Assembly: GCF_018977255.1 (NCBI RefSeq)
Contig: NW_024704743.1
Coordinates: forward strand, 88,724,001 to 88,788,000
Length of the DNA: 64,000 bases
Direction of reading: 5' to 3'
Source of the DNA: Callorhinchus milii
Lineage: Eukaryota
This document shows positions 11,071-24,480 of the stretch, piece after piece. Made by a program: the position numbers and the translations under genes. Under the pieces are notes generated by a model. That model was given only the letters and a program-made list of their open reading frames with translations. It did not search any database and had not been told where the DNA came from. Each line of letters opens with the position of its first letter. The first letter of the stretch is position 1.

Positions 11071-12339
11071 GGTTGTCCTGTATTAGGTGAAGGACTATTA
11101 AGATTCTGGTCTCAATTACAGTGCTCAACTATTGAGCCACCCAGGACAGTATTTGAACCAGCTGATTTGGTTTCCTTGTATTTATTTTCTTTGGACATGC
11201 AAATTTCTTGCTGCGTGAAAAAAATTCAAATGTAATAATAATCTCACTCTAGCACTTCTGACCTGGTGCCTTCAGCAGGATCATTGTGACTTGCACCTAG
11301 CATTTATGTTAGTTACTTGAGAATAAACATGTTAATTAATGTGCTTCTACACTCTGCTGAATAGAATTTCTTTCTTTACTTTTGTCTCTAATATTAATCT
11401 TCAACTCAGCATTTCATCCAGGGTTTCAATAAACAGTGGCATTCAACCTCATTAACACTCACACTGCACAGAATGTACTGTTACTGTGTTGTATATGTAT
11501 TAGATTCAGATAATACAGGTGCAGTCTATAATGCATTCAGTGTATCATCAATCTTGATCTCTAGTCTTTTTTCGATATGCATTTATTTGTATTTACTCTG
11601 TAACAATCCATTATGTTCCACAAACAAACAACGAGTGATGTGAGAGAGCACAACAAATGCCTCTTTCCCTGGGGATATTTGTCTTAACACTTACGCTTCT
11701 ATTCAAGTCAAAGAGAAAAAATATAAACACGCTCTCCTCCCACCCTCGCCCTTTTCCTAACAGAAAGTGTGGATCTATACGTTGGATACATTACAAAAAT
11801 ATTACTGAACAACGCTTGCTAATATTAACCTGTAAGACTGTTTTGTTAAGGACTGGAAAATTCTTGAATCCAGTCTTAAATTGCAATCTGGTTTCCTTTA
11901 AAGCCTTTTGGAAAAGTGGCTTCTAAATTAAGAATTTTTTCACAGTTCCGAACCACGTTACATGTTAAAGCGCAATGATTTTACAATATAATTCTTGCAA
12001 TTGATGTAGCTTATTAACACCTCATCAAGCGGTCACAAAACGCATCATAGGGATATACAGTAAAGTGTGNTTTTTGGTGTATTTTGTGGGCAAATGCAGC
12101 AGCCAATTTGGGTGCAGTAGTGTCCCACAACCAGCCATGGAGTGAATGATTACTTTTATTTGCAGTATTCTGTTGGCAAATTGGAAGTGCGGGCTGACAG
12201 CACTCCCGCACAGGATTGTGTGCAGATTATAGAAAGACTTTGCATTGTGAAGTCCTACAACTAGACACAGAATGTCACATCTATTTTAGNAAAAAGTCAT
12301 AACGTCTCAAGTCTCTATTCACAGTGAAACATTGGATCA

Positions 12340-12870
12340 TCGAAAAACTAGGAACAGGAGGAGACTATTCAGCCCAGTTTTTTAAATCTTGTCAGATCTT
12401 TAAATCCGAATTTCCTGTCCTTACCCCATAGCCTTTATACCTTGAATACCTGACTTTCTGTCTGTGTTTCTTTTTAAGCATCCCTATTGATTCTGTCTCT
12501 ACAGTTTTCTGGGGCAAAGCATTCAATATCTTTGCAAATCTCTGCATGAATAAATACTTTCTGACCTTTCTTACTATCTTGGCTCTGATTTTAAGGCTAA
12601 GCCCTCTTGTAATGGATCCCTCTACTAGAGGCGAGCATCGTCCACTATCCAACCTGTCAATTCCTTTTATTGTTTTGAATACTTCAATCAAATCACCATT
12701 TAACCTCCTCTGCTCTGAGAAACACCTGTTTATTCAGACGCTCAGGGTAACAAACCCAGGAATAGTCTAGTGAACCTTTCCTGGATACCTCTCCTTTCTA
12801 AGATGGATGCCCAAAATTGAACATAATATTTCAAATGAAATCTGGTCAGTACCCTAAATAATTAACGATA
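12340..12870 (-). mobile_element. CR1 3' end, degraded
   Basis: LIEVFKTIKGIDRLDS...TRGLSLKI...QRFAKILNALP. Confidence 0.85.
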
Positions 12871-12934
12871 CATAGATACTTCTTATAACATCTGATAGCC
12901 TGATAACAACTAGTCTGGACTATTCGATCCAGTT

Positions 12935-13080
12935 TGTTAGATCTTGTCAGATCTTTTAATCCAAATTCCTTGTCCTTACACTGTAGCCCTTTTATACCTT
13001 GAATACTCAACTTTCTGTCTGCGTTTCTTTTTTAAACATCTCTATTAATTCTGCCTCTACGGTTTTCTGGGGCAGAGCCA
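12935..13080 (-). repeat. local ~140-bp duplicate of CR1 segment 12380-12520
   Basis: ATCTTGTCAGATCTTT...TGTCCTTAC...TTTATACCTTGAATAC...ACTTTCTGTCTG...TTTTCTGGGGCA is present twice. Confidence 0.85.
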
Positions 13081-13284
13081 AGTGTCAGGTACCAACATAG
13101 AAGGGGAAAAAACTCAAGCTATCTCTGAAAAACATTTAACATTAAACAAATGTTAATTACAACAACTTACAATATAGTGCCCTCCACGTAGGGTAGCATC
13201 TCAGAGCGCTTAACAGTGACGGAGACTGACGTAGTTTATTGCGTACTGTTCCTCAGTTTTCATGGTGACATCTCTTGCAATCAG

Positions 13285-13700
13285 CTGTCAGCCTGGTTTC
13301 AGTTTGTAGCATTCTTACCTGTGTAAGAAGGTTGAGGATTCAAGATCTACATTAGGACTTTGAACTCACATTCCAGGCTGACACTCCAATACGATGATGG
13401 GGGATTTCTTCATTATCAATGTTGCTGTTTTTTGGATGAACTGTTAAACTAAGGTTTCAGTATGACTGGTCACCTAGACGTTAAAGAGCCCATGGCAGGA
13501 TTTAAAAAGAGAAGGGAGTTTTTCTGGCCAACAATCTTCGGATAAAAATGGTCATTCACTTCATGGCTGTTTGTAGGACATTGTTGTGTGCAAATTGCCT
13601 ACTGTGTTTTGCCTGCAAAACACCCAGCCACTACACTTTACAGTAAATCGAATGGAATCCAATTGAGATGTCCTCTTAGTGTGAAAGTTGCTACATCATA
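13285..13700 (+). mobile_element. DeuSINE-like SINE
   Basis: TGTCAGCCTGGTTTCAGTTTG head, GATTCAAG B box, GGCTGTTTGTAGGACATTG tail. Confidence 0.75.
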
Positions 13701-13835
13701 TGTACAGATTAATAATGTAGTGTGAGATACTGGAGATAATACATATAATAAGCTGGGAAGTACTTTCACCTGGGTCTACAGCGTTTGGCAAATTTGTAAA
13801 TTCAGTGTAAATTTTGAGGTGAAAATTTTCAAAAA

Positions 13836-13900
13836 TTGGGACGTCCTCCCGACGTGAAAGGTGCTCTATAAATGTAATTTTGTTGTTGTTGTTGTTGTTG
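13836..13900 (+). mobile_element. solo L2 3' stem-loop plus (TTG)n tail
   Basis: TTGGGACGTCCTCCCGACGTGAAAGGTGCTCTATAAATGTAATTT(TGT)n. Confidence 0.9.
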
Positions 13901-15109
13901 AAGTATATTTCTGTAGGTTCTTTTAAGGTATTAGAACAAAGAGTAAAATTAAGGATGTGCCAAATTCTGCACATTTTGAAATGCTAACAATATAATGAAA
14001 ATCTAGACCCAGGTGGAATTTCAATCCCTAGTTAGTCCATAGCGCTGATTATAACTTTATAGACAGTTGGTTTGGAATTTGCTAGTCTGTTAAGAAACCA
14101 AGGGAGTTTCACATATGTAGAAGGTGGGATATAAATTAGATTTTTATTTCATTCAGTTAATTTTAATTTAGGCAGCTTTCTGACAGTCTCCAGCCATTAC
14201 TGTCTTTTCTCTTCATTAACCAAGCTGTCTTCTGAGTGAGTTGTCTTTTCACATGTCAAACAAACGTATATTTTCAAAGTTGCATGATGCATTTCACTTA
14301 AATAACTCTGGATAACCTTGGAATAATTCCCTTAATTTATATGGAAAATAATACAATTGCATATAGTTATTGGTTGCATTTTCTGTCATTGTGATTTGTA
14401 AAGGCCAATAAAGGTAAAGAAGTGGTGCTATTATAACATCTGAAACATTTATAACATTATTTATTATTACATTGTCCTGGCCAACATTCCTCCAGATAAA
14501 ATTGATTATTCACTCCATTACTGTTTGTGGAACATTGCTGCGCATAAGTCACTACACTTTCAGTAAATTCTGTAACATAAATTGGGCAACCACTAAAGTT
14601 ATTAACTCAGAGAAAATGTCCAAGGATGTCCAGTATTAGTTTATAACAAATCCAAATTATGGGTAGGGAGGGCATATAGATGCTTATTCCATAAGCAATA
14701 CAAGTGTATAGTTTGAACAATGACATATGCTGTCCTGCTTGCATTTCATTGTTTTGAATATTAATTGTATTGAATGCACTTGACTGACGTTATCTTTTTA
14801 GTCATACAATTTATCCCACGATTCCTGAGAAAGAAATGCGAAGACTGTCATGTCAAATATTTCCCTTCTCGGGATGATTTGATACTAGTATTCTCTATGG
14901 CAGCAATACTTTTCTTCCTTTGTGCTCTGTTGGCTGATTAAGTTGACATTTTGAACCAGCCACTTCTTAATCACAATGCTGAAAACTCTCTAAGCAACTC
15001 AGAATTAATAATTAATCCGAGCAGACAGAAAACAATTGTCAGTGGACATTTTTTCTGCAAAAAGTTTAATATTATCATTACATATCGACTTTCACAAAGG
15101 AGGTGGAGA

Positions 15110-15350
15110 ATTGAAAGCTGACCGAAGGCACGGTGAAAGAGGTAGGTCTTGAGACAGACCTTGAACAAAGTGAGGGAGTGATTGAGTCAGGATGGAATTC
15201 CAGAGAATGAGGGCAATAGGCTAAAAGCCCTCCCACCAGTGGGGGCACGAAATAGGCCGGTGTCCGCTGAGGGAAGGGAGCGGCCAAATTGGTAGGGTTT
15301 GAGGTCGCAGAGGTAGGGTGTAGCAAGGCTGTGGAGAGATTTAAAATTCT
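15110..15350 (-). mobile_element. L2 ORF2 C-terminal fragment
   Basis: FKSLHSLATPYLCDLKPYQ...RSLPSADTGL...GGRAFS. Confidence 0.85.
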
Positions 15351-16409
15351 GTTTGGCATTCGGCTCATTGTTAAAGGTGATGTCAGCCATTGTTCGGATT
15401 TCCCATTTAAGTCATACATCACCAAGAGTAAAGTGGGTTCCATGAAGAAAATGGACAGCTGCAGCTATAGGATCAACATGTGGGTCATCCAAAAGATACC
15501 TGGGAACAGTGAAGGTCATTTGATTGTCCATCACATGGCATTAGCATCCAATATACTTTAACATTTTGAAAGGAAAGCTCGATCTCACGAATGGCAATTA
15601 TTCTTTCCTTTGCTTCCAACAAAAAGGCCATCACATCCATTAATATAATTTGATTGCTTTGTTATTCAAATGGAAGTAGATTATATTTGGTCTGGTCTTT
15701 TTTGGAGTCGTGCGGATGCTTTCTCAAAACTCTAGCGGATTTTTAATTGACTACATTTGGAAAGTGAAAGTTTGAACAAAGACTTAATATGCTCTCCCCC
15801 CACCCCGACCCATCACCATCACTACTACCCCCAAATGTCTAGCAAATTGTGAGCTGCTATCATGTAAGTGTCATACATAATAAAATTTGTGCAGAGAAAC
15901 ATTATTATTTTGTTCCAATAGTAGTTTTGTTATGAAGTATTACACCTTACATTGGTAATAGTTCTCAAGGCCAGTACTCAGTGGAAATGGAGAGTTTGAT
16001 AGTTTCAATAGCTTGATAGTTCCTTGGACAGTAACCTATAGCTTTTTAACCTTCCAGCGATGACAGAAAAGATGGAATTGAAACAGGAAAATATTGCTGC
16101 TCTGAACTCCACCTGTTGAGGAACGATTAGAAATTTTATTCTAATAATGTGGACATGTTTGCAGCACAAAAAGCGGCCTGTGGAATTTGATGTGTATTTT
16201 ACCGAAATACTTGTTTTTTCCTCAAATTTCTTGACTTTTAAATGATTTGGTTGATGGAGAATTGCATGGAATTCAGACCCTTAGAAACTATCGTCTCAAC
16301 ACCCAACGATTTTAAAGAGTGTTTTTAAACAGTACATCTTTATATTTGACTTGCTAGTAATATGAAGGGTGCATGATCGAGACCAACTTAACAAACCGGC
16401 AACAATACA

Positions 16410-17472
16410 TCTCAGGAAATGTTTTTCTCTCCTGCACCCATCCAATCACTTGCGGGACTCCAAGGCTCCATCCTTGGCCACCTTCTTTTCTTTATCTACA
16501 TGTTCCCTCTCGGTGATGTCATCCGCAGATGTGGGGTCAACTCCCACGTTTATGTGGATGACACCCAAATCTACTTCTACTCCATCTGCAACTCCCAGTC
16601 CACTGATGTCCTGTCAGCTTGTTTGGTGGACATCAAGGCCTGGATGAGTGCAAATTTCCTGCAGCTGAATGTCGGCAAGATGGAAACCATACTCTTTGGC
16701 TTTCATCAACATCTTCTCTCCTGTGGGTCTGAACTCCTCAACCTTCCTGGGCTCTCCTTCAGACTCACTAAACCTCTTGCGCAATTTAGGCGTCAGGTTT
16801 GATCCCCAACTTTCCTTTCTACCCCACATCCGTTCCCTGACCAGGACCCTATTTTTCATCTCAATCACATTACCCGCCTCTGTCCATACCTAACAACCAA
16901 AGCAGCTCAAACCATCGTCCATGCCTTAATCACTTCCCGGCTGGACTATTCCAATGCCCTCCTCACTGGTCTCCCCAGCTCCACCATACGCAAAATTCAA
17001 CTAATTTGAAACTCCACCTCTTGGATACTCCTCTCCTCAAAAAACCTCTGTATCCCCATCACACCAGTCCTTGCCAGGCTCCACTGGCTCCCAATCAGTG
17101 AACAGATTGATTTCAAGATCCTCTCGCCTCCCTACCTATACCATTTGCTTACATCCCGCTCCACCAGCCTCTGCCTCTGCTCGGCTGGCTCTGGACTCCT
17201 GTTTGTCCATCATGCCCTCAGTTCCACCATTGGTGGCTGTGCCTTCAGCCACTATACCCTGAAACTTTGGAACTCTCTTCATCAATCTCTCTGCCTTGCC
17301 CCCTCCATCCCCACTTTAAATCCTGTCTAAAGACCTTCCTTTTTGATTGCGCTTACGGTCATCTCCCCGATCTCTTTCCTCCTGGCTCGGGGTCAGACTG
17401 CGCCACTGTCAAGTGCTCTGGGATGCTACCTCGCATGCAGGGCGCAATATAAATGCAAGCTGTTATTGTTAT
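16410..17472 (+). mobile_element. L2 LINE 3' ~1 kb including the RT catalytic motif
   Basis: [63 protein letters not shown]; type-B tail. Confidence 0.95.
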
Positions 17473-17904
17473 TGGTGCATGTTGTTGTTGTATATCACTA
17501 AGGTTACTCGTGGGGAGAATTCACTAATTCCAGCAGTGAAAGAGAGCTGCACTAACGTCATTTGATGCCATTGTTAACCCAGATTGCTACACTTATTAGC
17601 TGTGCTTACTTGTCTCACACGGCTGGATTCCTTCCAGACTTTCCACCCAATAAAGCCATCAGTGCTCAGTAATTAAAGCTTCCTTTTAAAATTAACGGGA
17701 TGTCAAAGCTGCTCTAACTCTGCTTAGTTGCTTTTTAAATGGGTTATGATGATAGTCTTGCATTTGATATGTTTCATGTTGGGAGGATGTCACCACTTCT
17801 TAAAATGGCATATGTGAATTACTTCAAAGCTGTTTATAAGAAATTGAATTATGCATATAAACTGCTATTATTGACTACAAATACAAGGTCACTATAATTT
17901 GCAG

Positions 17905-18995
17905 TATACAAAACAGAAGTTGCTGGGAACACTCAGCAGGTCAAGAAGCATCTCTGGAGAAAGGAAAGTGAGTCAACGTTTCGGGTCCACAACATCAGAA
18001 CTGCAGGATGTTGGGAGGGAGAGGCTTTTAAGGGCTAACAGAGATGGGGGAGGCAGGGCAAGGAAGACAAAGGAAAAATGGGGTAGAGGACAGGGGATGA
18101 TAGGGGAAAAGAGGTGTTAATAATGCAAAACAAAAGGATGGAAAATTACAACAAAACAGGCAGATAGAGGAGAAAAGGTGTGTCTGGGATCCAGATGATG
18201 CGGTAATGGTCACAGAAGAGGGGTAGGGATAGGGGGAAGGTGAGCTGTTATGGTCTGAAATTATTGAAATCAATATTGAGGCCAGAGAGCTGTAAGGTCC
18301 CTAGCAGATAGATGAGGTGCTGTTGCTCGAGCTTGTGCTGTGGTTCATTGGAATAGGGTAGGAGACTGTGGATGGAAAACAACAACACTTACACTTGTAT
18401 AGCGCTCTCCACACAGGGTAGAGTGTCAGAGCATTTAAAGAGAGGTCAGAGTGCGAGTGGGAGGGAGAGTTAAAGTGGCAAGAAACTGGAAGCTTAGGAT
18501 TGTGCTTGCGGAGAGAACGGAAATCGATTGCCTAATCTGGGTTTGGTCTCCCCAGTGTAGAGGAGACCACATTGTGAGCAGCAAATGCAGTAAATTACAT
18601 TGGTGGTAGTACACGTAAATCACTGTCTCACTTGAAAACTGTGTTCGAGGCCCTTTATAGTGGGATGGGAGGTGAAAGGGCAGGTATTGCATCTCCTGCG
18701 CTGGCATGGGAAGGTGCCGGGGGGCAGAGAACAACTGTTGGTGGTGATGGAGGAATGAACCAGGAAGTCACAGAGGGAACGGTCCCTTCGGAATGCTGAG
18801 AGGGAGGGAAGGGAAAGGTAGTTGGATCACACTGGAGGTACCGGAAATGGCGGAGAATTATTTGTTGGAGAATTTGTGGAACTGAAATGTTAACTCACTT
18901 TCCGTTCTCCACAGATGCTGCCTGACCTGCTGAGTGTTCCGAGGAACTTCTATTTTTGTTTCAGATTTCCAGCATCTGCGTATTTTGCGGTTTGT
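17905..18995 (-). mobile_element. Penelope-like retroelement remnant with GIY-YIG endonuclease and inverted pseudo-LTR; L2 tail inserted at about 18377-18435
   Basis: Minus strand PGTFPCQRRRCNTCPF...FTCTTTNVIYCICCSQCGLLYTGETKPRLGNRF; 17910-17985 and 18885-18960 are inverted copies. Confidence 0.9.
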
Positions 18996-19339
18996 TTATA
19001 ATTTGCAGTGTACCCTATGAAGCACTTTAAGACTGCCTTCCTGTCGTGAAAGGCACTATATCTCGGGAACTCCCTTCCTCAATCCCTCCATTTTGCCTCC
19101 TCTTTACCTATCTTCAGATCAGACCTGAAGACATTCCACTTCAACCATGCCTTCGGTAACCTCCCCTCTCTCTGTGTCAAGCCATACCACTGTTAAGCAC
19201 TCTAAGGTATTTCTCATGCGAAGGGCACTATATAAAAAAAAGTTGTTGCTGTTCACTGTGGTAGAAAGAAAAATGGGGTCTAATTGGTAATATTCATCAA
19301 CTGGATTTGAAGCACTTCCATTCGATAATATCACATTAG

Positions 19340-19835
19340 AATGCATTAGAATATAGAGCACAGAAACAGGCCATTTGGCCCAACTGGTCTATGCCGATGT
19401 TTATGCTCCACATGAGCCTCCTCCTGCCCTTCCTCAACTAAGCCTTCAAGCATAACCTTCTATTTCTTTATCCCTCATGTACCTATCTAGCTTCCCCTTA
19501 AATACATCTACGCTATTTGCCTCAACAACTCCTTGTGGTAGTATTTTCCACATTCCCACTACTCTCTGTGTAAAGAAATTTCTTCTAACTTCCCTATTTG
19601 ATCTATTTGTGACTATTTTATATTGATGGCCCCTGGTTTTGGTCTCCCCCACAAATGGAAACATCTTCCCTATGTCTACCCTATCAAAACCTTTCATCAT
19701 TTTAAAGACCTCTATCAGGTCACCCCTTACCCAAGAGAAAAGAGTCCAAGCATGTTCAGCCTTTCCAGATAGGTATAACCTCTCAGTTCTGGGATTATCC
19801 TTGTGAATCTCCTTTGAATCTCCTTTGAATCTCCG
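19340..19835 (-). mobile_element. CR1-derived 3' element with an internal deletion
   Basis: RGDLIEVFKMMKGFDRVD...TRGHQYKI...RRNFFTQRVVGMW; near-identical to 31690-32140. Confidence 0.92.
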
Positions 19836-20201
19836 GTTTGAATTACAAACCGTCTCAGTTGTGACTGTCCCAACATGGTGAACCACTGTTTTTGAAAGTG
19901 TGACAAAACATCAGAGTGCAAAATACGTCATATTCACAAACGATAGTCATAATTAAACTTTGGGATCCCTTTTGCAAATATTGTAATAATTGCTCTCATA
20001 ACACTGTGGTAACAATATTCACCAGTTCTGAAAGGTAAAGGCAAGATCAGTATAATCATGTTTGATTATAAAATGTAGGATACACATAATTACCTTCTTA
20101 CTCTACATACTTTTTGCTTTTCTGTAAATCAAAAAAGTATATAGAGTAAGAATCAGTAGGTAGACTGAAATTCAGAATTTCAACAAGAACTTCACTTCTT
20201 G

Positions 20202-20239
20202 CACTTTTCATACATTGTGACACTTTTCATACATTGTGA
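20202..20239. repeat. perfect 19-bp tandem duplication
   Basis: CACTTTTCATACATTGTGA x2. Confidence 0.9.
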
Positions 20240-21562
20240 CCGTCTTACAATGCTTAACAATATGTATGGGGAGGGGAAGAAATCCATATCAATTGCAAGG
20301 ATACAATACAATACAAGTTACATTTGTATAGCATCTTTCACGTCGGGAGGGCATCCTAAGGCACTGGACAGTCAAGGATTTGGATTATTATTGTTGTTTG
20401 GTGTTCCTACGATGGGATGGATCTAGATTTACTCTATTTCTGTAGCATTCCAGTGACCAATTCAGTAAAATGTTAAATTCAGTCTTAACTTTAAAGTTGG
20501 TTATCTGGTGTTTCTTAAAAGAACTTACAGAAAAATCAGCTTTAAAATTCTATTTGAGAATTTGCCAAATTCTAGAGGCTCTGAAATGTTAGGAAACAGA
20601 ATAAATCTAGATGCAGGTGAAATTTCTACCTCATCATAGGTACACAAAATAATAATAAAAATCCTTGTATACAATATAACTAGCACCTTTTATGTCAGGA
20701 GAACGTCTCAAAGGATTAACTGTAAAGTACAGTGACTGGGTGTTTTGTGGGTGAAGGCAGAAACATCAACTATTAGATCATAGCCATGAACATGGCTCAT
20801 CCCATAGCAAACAAAATAATCTTTTTATTAAAACTTAGATCTTGGTAGTTTAATGGGATAGGAGGATACTGACATTCATTGGTGACGAAAAGCTCCCTAT
20901 TCAAATTCCTTAACTCCATGGAAGAACTACTATGATATTTGTTTCTAGTTAATATTTCAATTTGCAAATCCAATTCAAAGGACTTCCATATCAGACTCTC
21001 TATACAGTAATCCATCCCTAACACCCATAGTATCCTGAAAGATTATCCCAAGTCCTGGAGAAATTATTTGCCAATTCAAGATATCTTGATAACTCACATG
21101 ACATTTATTGGCTGTCACGGGTCATTTATTTTTAGCACAGCCTCAATCTTATAGCTCCTCATGGATAGCATGTGTAAAAGCAAAGATTTGCAGTAGGCAA
21201 TAAAAGCAAATTTCAATCAAGATAAACTAGTCTCACATTGTCCAAAGCCTCCAAATATGCCACAAATAAATCTATGACTGGGCCAACTCCAACTTCTTTA
21301 CAAATAATCTTGACATGGATTGTTTTAAGTTTAGAAGCAAAGCTTTGATTCCTGCAACCCATAATTCAAGCTTTCCAATGAGAAATTATGAGAAATAATA
21401 CACTTCCAAAGACTGGTTTCTGCTCTCAGACATGTTAAAATGAGGTGAAAAGTGCATCTTGTAATCTAACTGTAACATCATCCATTCGGCCCTTTGTATT
21501 ATTCCTGCTTTTGGAATACTGAGTGTAATAATAAGGAGAATGAACTGAGGGGAGGAGATATC

Positions 21563-21594
<32 letters not shown>

Positions 21595-21603
21595 ATGAAA
21601 GAA
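21563..21603. repeat. (AAAG)n microsatellite
   Basis: Read directly from the sequence. Confidence 0.95.
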
Positions 21604-23097
21604 TGCAGAAATACCATTTTTTTGTGTTGAAAATCAATAAGTGCTTTACTTAAATTGGAGGGAGTAAAGGGAGCAGTGCTCCAGCACGTTATCTTACATG
21701 AAGTTGTTGCAGTTGCTGAATACAACAACAATTGACATTTATCTAGCATCTTTAGGTCTTTAGGTCGATAGGTCTTAAGGCACGTTTTGAAGGCGGAGAG
21801 GGAGGGTACAAAGCTGCCATGTTCACCTACAAATACACAGTCACTGCAATTTATAGTAAGTGCTATAAAGTGCTTCAAGATGTTTTAACAAAGTTATAAG
21901 ACACACATCAAATGCTGGAAAGATTTTTTAAAAGCGTACATAAAGCACTTTGATGCTAGTTCAAATGATTACATTTAAAAATTCATGAATCATTTCTTGT
22001 AATTGAGAACAGGTTGTGAAACATCACCAATTTCACTGCTGAGTACTTTATGTATTGCTTTAACAAAAATAATAATCTTTACATTTATAGATCCTTGAGT
22101 GACCGTGCAGTTATAATGACTGTGCATTTGTAGGTGAATACAGCAGCCAATATACACACAACCCTGAAGGGAATGAACAATTGTATTTGGAGGATTAATG
22201 GTAGACACTAGGAGAAAATTTTTTCGAATGTCCATGGTAAAGCAAACTATGATGCTGATTAATATTTTGAACATTACTGTATTTGATACTTTGTGAAGCA
22301 AAGCACCTCAAAAAAAGCTTAACTAACTTAAAGTTATTATACGTTGTGCAGAAGGAACTGGAAAGGTGGAAAATATACTGGTGGTACAAATTACAATACG
22401 GCTGTTAATCATTCCGAAAACAGTACCCTGGGGAAATTAATTGTAGATTGTTAATGTTGATTTGGTAAAACTAAAATAACACACCCGTAAGAGATGTTAA
22501 CCAGATTTAGAGGTTTCATAAATAAAAAATTAAAGGCATAAGGTCTGGAAGGAAATTTAACAGATTGAGCTGATATTGAACAACATATTGATGCATTGGG
22601 AGTTGATACATTGAATGGTGTCCAGCTATGTATCACTTCATCCACAAAATGCACAGTCATTACACGTTCCAGTAAAAATCCTCCAAAGCACTTTGAGATG
22701 TTCAAAAATATGATATGGCACCATATCATATGCCAGAATTATAATTATTACAATGCTATTGCTACAGCTTTCATTAACATAGTTAAAATACTGTACTTGA
22801 ACAACCTTTTGAAAATACACTTGGCTCTTGAGTGTTCACCGAGAACACAATCTTGCAGGGCTGAACCTCTGATTATAGTTTTCAAGATTCAGTACACAAA
22901 AGGAAAGCCCTGCTTCCAGCATGGTTAAAGGCAATAAGGACATCAGACTGAGATATCATTCTGCAGGTCTATTCAACCTCAGTTAAAAGATTAATTCAGT
23001 AAAGGCATTACTGGGGAATCAATATTTCAGTATAACCCATTACATCCATCTTAACTGAAACAGTAAATAGAAAAACTGTTAGTTTATTTGTGGATAG

Positions 23098-23184
23098 GCA
23101 AGGATAATTTGCTTCAATTTGTTAAAGGTTACATGGATGAGGCAAATAGCTGGTTGATGAAGAAGCAATTAATCAAATCACATG
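23098..23184 (+). other. candidate 87-nt symmetric exon
   Basis: tag/GC AAG ... CAT G/GTGAGT; open frame KDNLLQFVKGYMDEANSWLMKKQLIKSH; donor is strong, acceptor weak. Confidence 0.22.
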
Positions 23185-24364
23185 GTGAGTTTTTGATTTC
23201 AGTTGCACTGTTATGGGAGATGTTAAGCCAAGCCTGGACATTACTTTATAGGGAAGCATTACATCCTGAACTCCCAGTGACTTGCTATAAACTAGCTGAG
23301 GCTTCAGAGTGATTGGTCTGCCTGACTTTGTATAGGAAATAATGGATGAATTTGGAATCAAGTTTTATCAAGCCAGGCAGAGACTGCAGACCCAGCTTTC
23401 ATCCATGTCCTCCCACTACCTGGAATCTCCAGACTGCCGGATACATCATTCATTCATGGACTTTCTCTGTTATTATAGCACAAGATAACAACATTAGTCT
23501 GGATGAAGAAGGCCCTTCGGCCCATACGATTTTATCCCTCCAGAATACTCATCCCTCATTCCCCCACCACCGCTCCCCCATCACAACACCAAGCTGTTTT
23601 TTTAAATAAGTCCAATGACCTGGCCTCTACCCCCTTTCCTGGCAACCTGTTCCAGTCATTGATTATCCTAGAAAAGCATCCTGGTATCTGTCCTGAAAAT
23701 GCCCTTTACAACTCTAAACCTGTGTCCTTGTTCTACTATAATGATACATCCTAAAATATTGATCTGGGTTTACTTTATTAAAATTCTCTCTTAATCTCTC
23801 TCTGGGTCCTAGTTTGCTTCTGCATCAGCTAATATGAAAACTGTATATAGATTGAGAGTATAAGATGCTAAATGAAAAGGGTGTTTGAGACCAGGATACT
23901 GGACTCATTTAAAACAAAAGTAGCTTGATACTCTGATGGAAAAATGGTATGGTTAGCATTCTGGAAGGATGAAATCAAATGGACAGAGGGGCGTTCATCA
24001 ACTGAACCTCTCTTGTAATTTTATGATCTATAAGTTACCTTTTTAAAGCATTTATGTAGAAATTAGCCATGGTTCATGATTCATAAGTCACAAACGCATA
24101 TCCTTAAAATTAGAGCTATGCCAACTAAAACTGATTCCCCCCAAAAAATCATTTATAACATATAAGGCGCCTTATCACGTTGCTGAGACGTCTCAAAGCG
24201 CATCAAAGAATATACTGTAAAGTGAATTGACTGTATATTTTGTAAGCGAAATGAATGACTCTACACCATCATCAAAATGACATTTGTATAGTGATTTCAC
24301 ATTGGGAGGATGTCCCAAGGCACTTGACAATCAGAGATTGGACTGAGCAGTATCTGAAAACCAG

Positions 24365-24480
24365 ACAGAGTAACAAGCAGACGGGCAGACAGACAGATCA
24401 ACAGATACACAGTCAGGCAGGCATGCAGGCAGTCAGGTGATTTAGACAGGCAGTTAACCAGATTTAGGTAGACAGACAGA
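24365..24480. repeat. degenerate (CAGA/CAGG)n microsatellite
   Basis: Read directly from the sequence. Confidence 0.75.
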
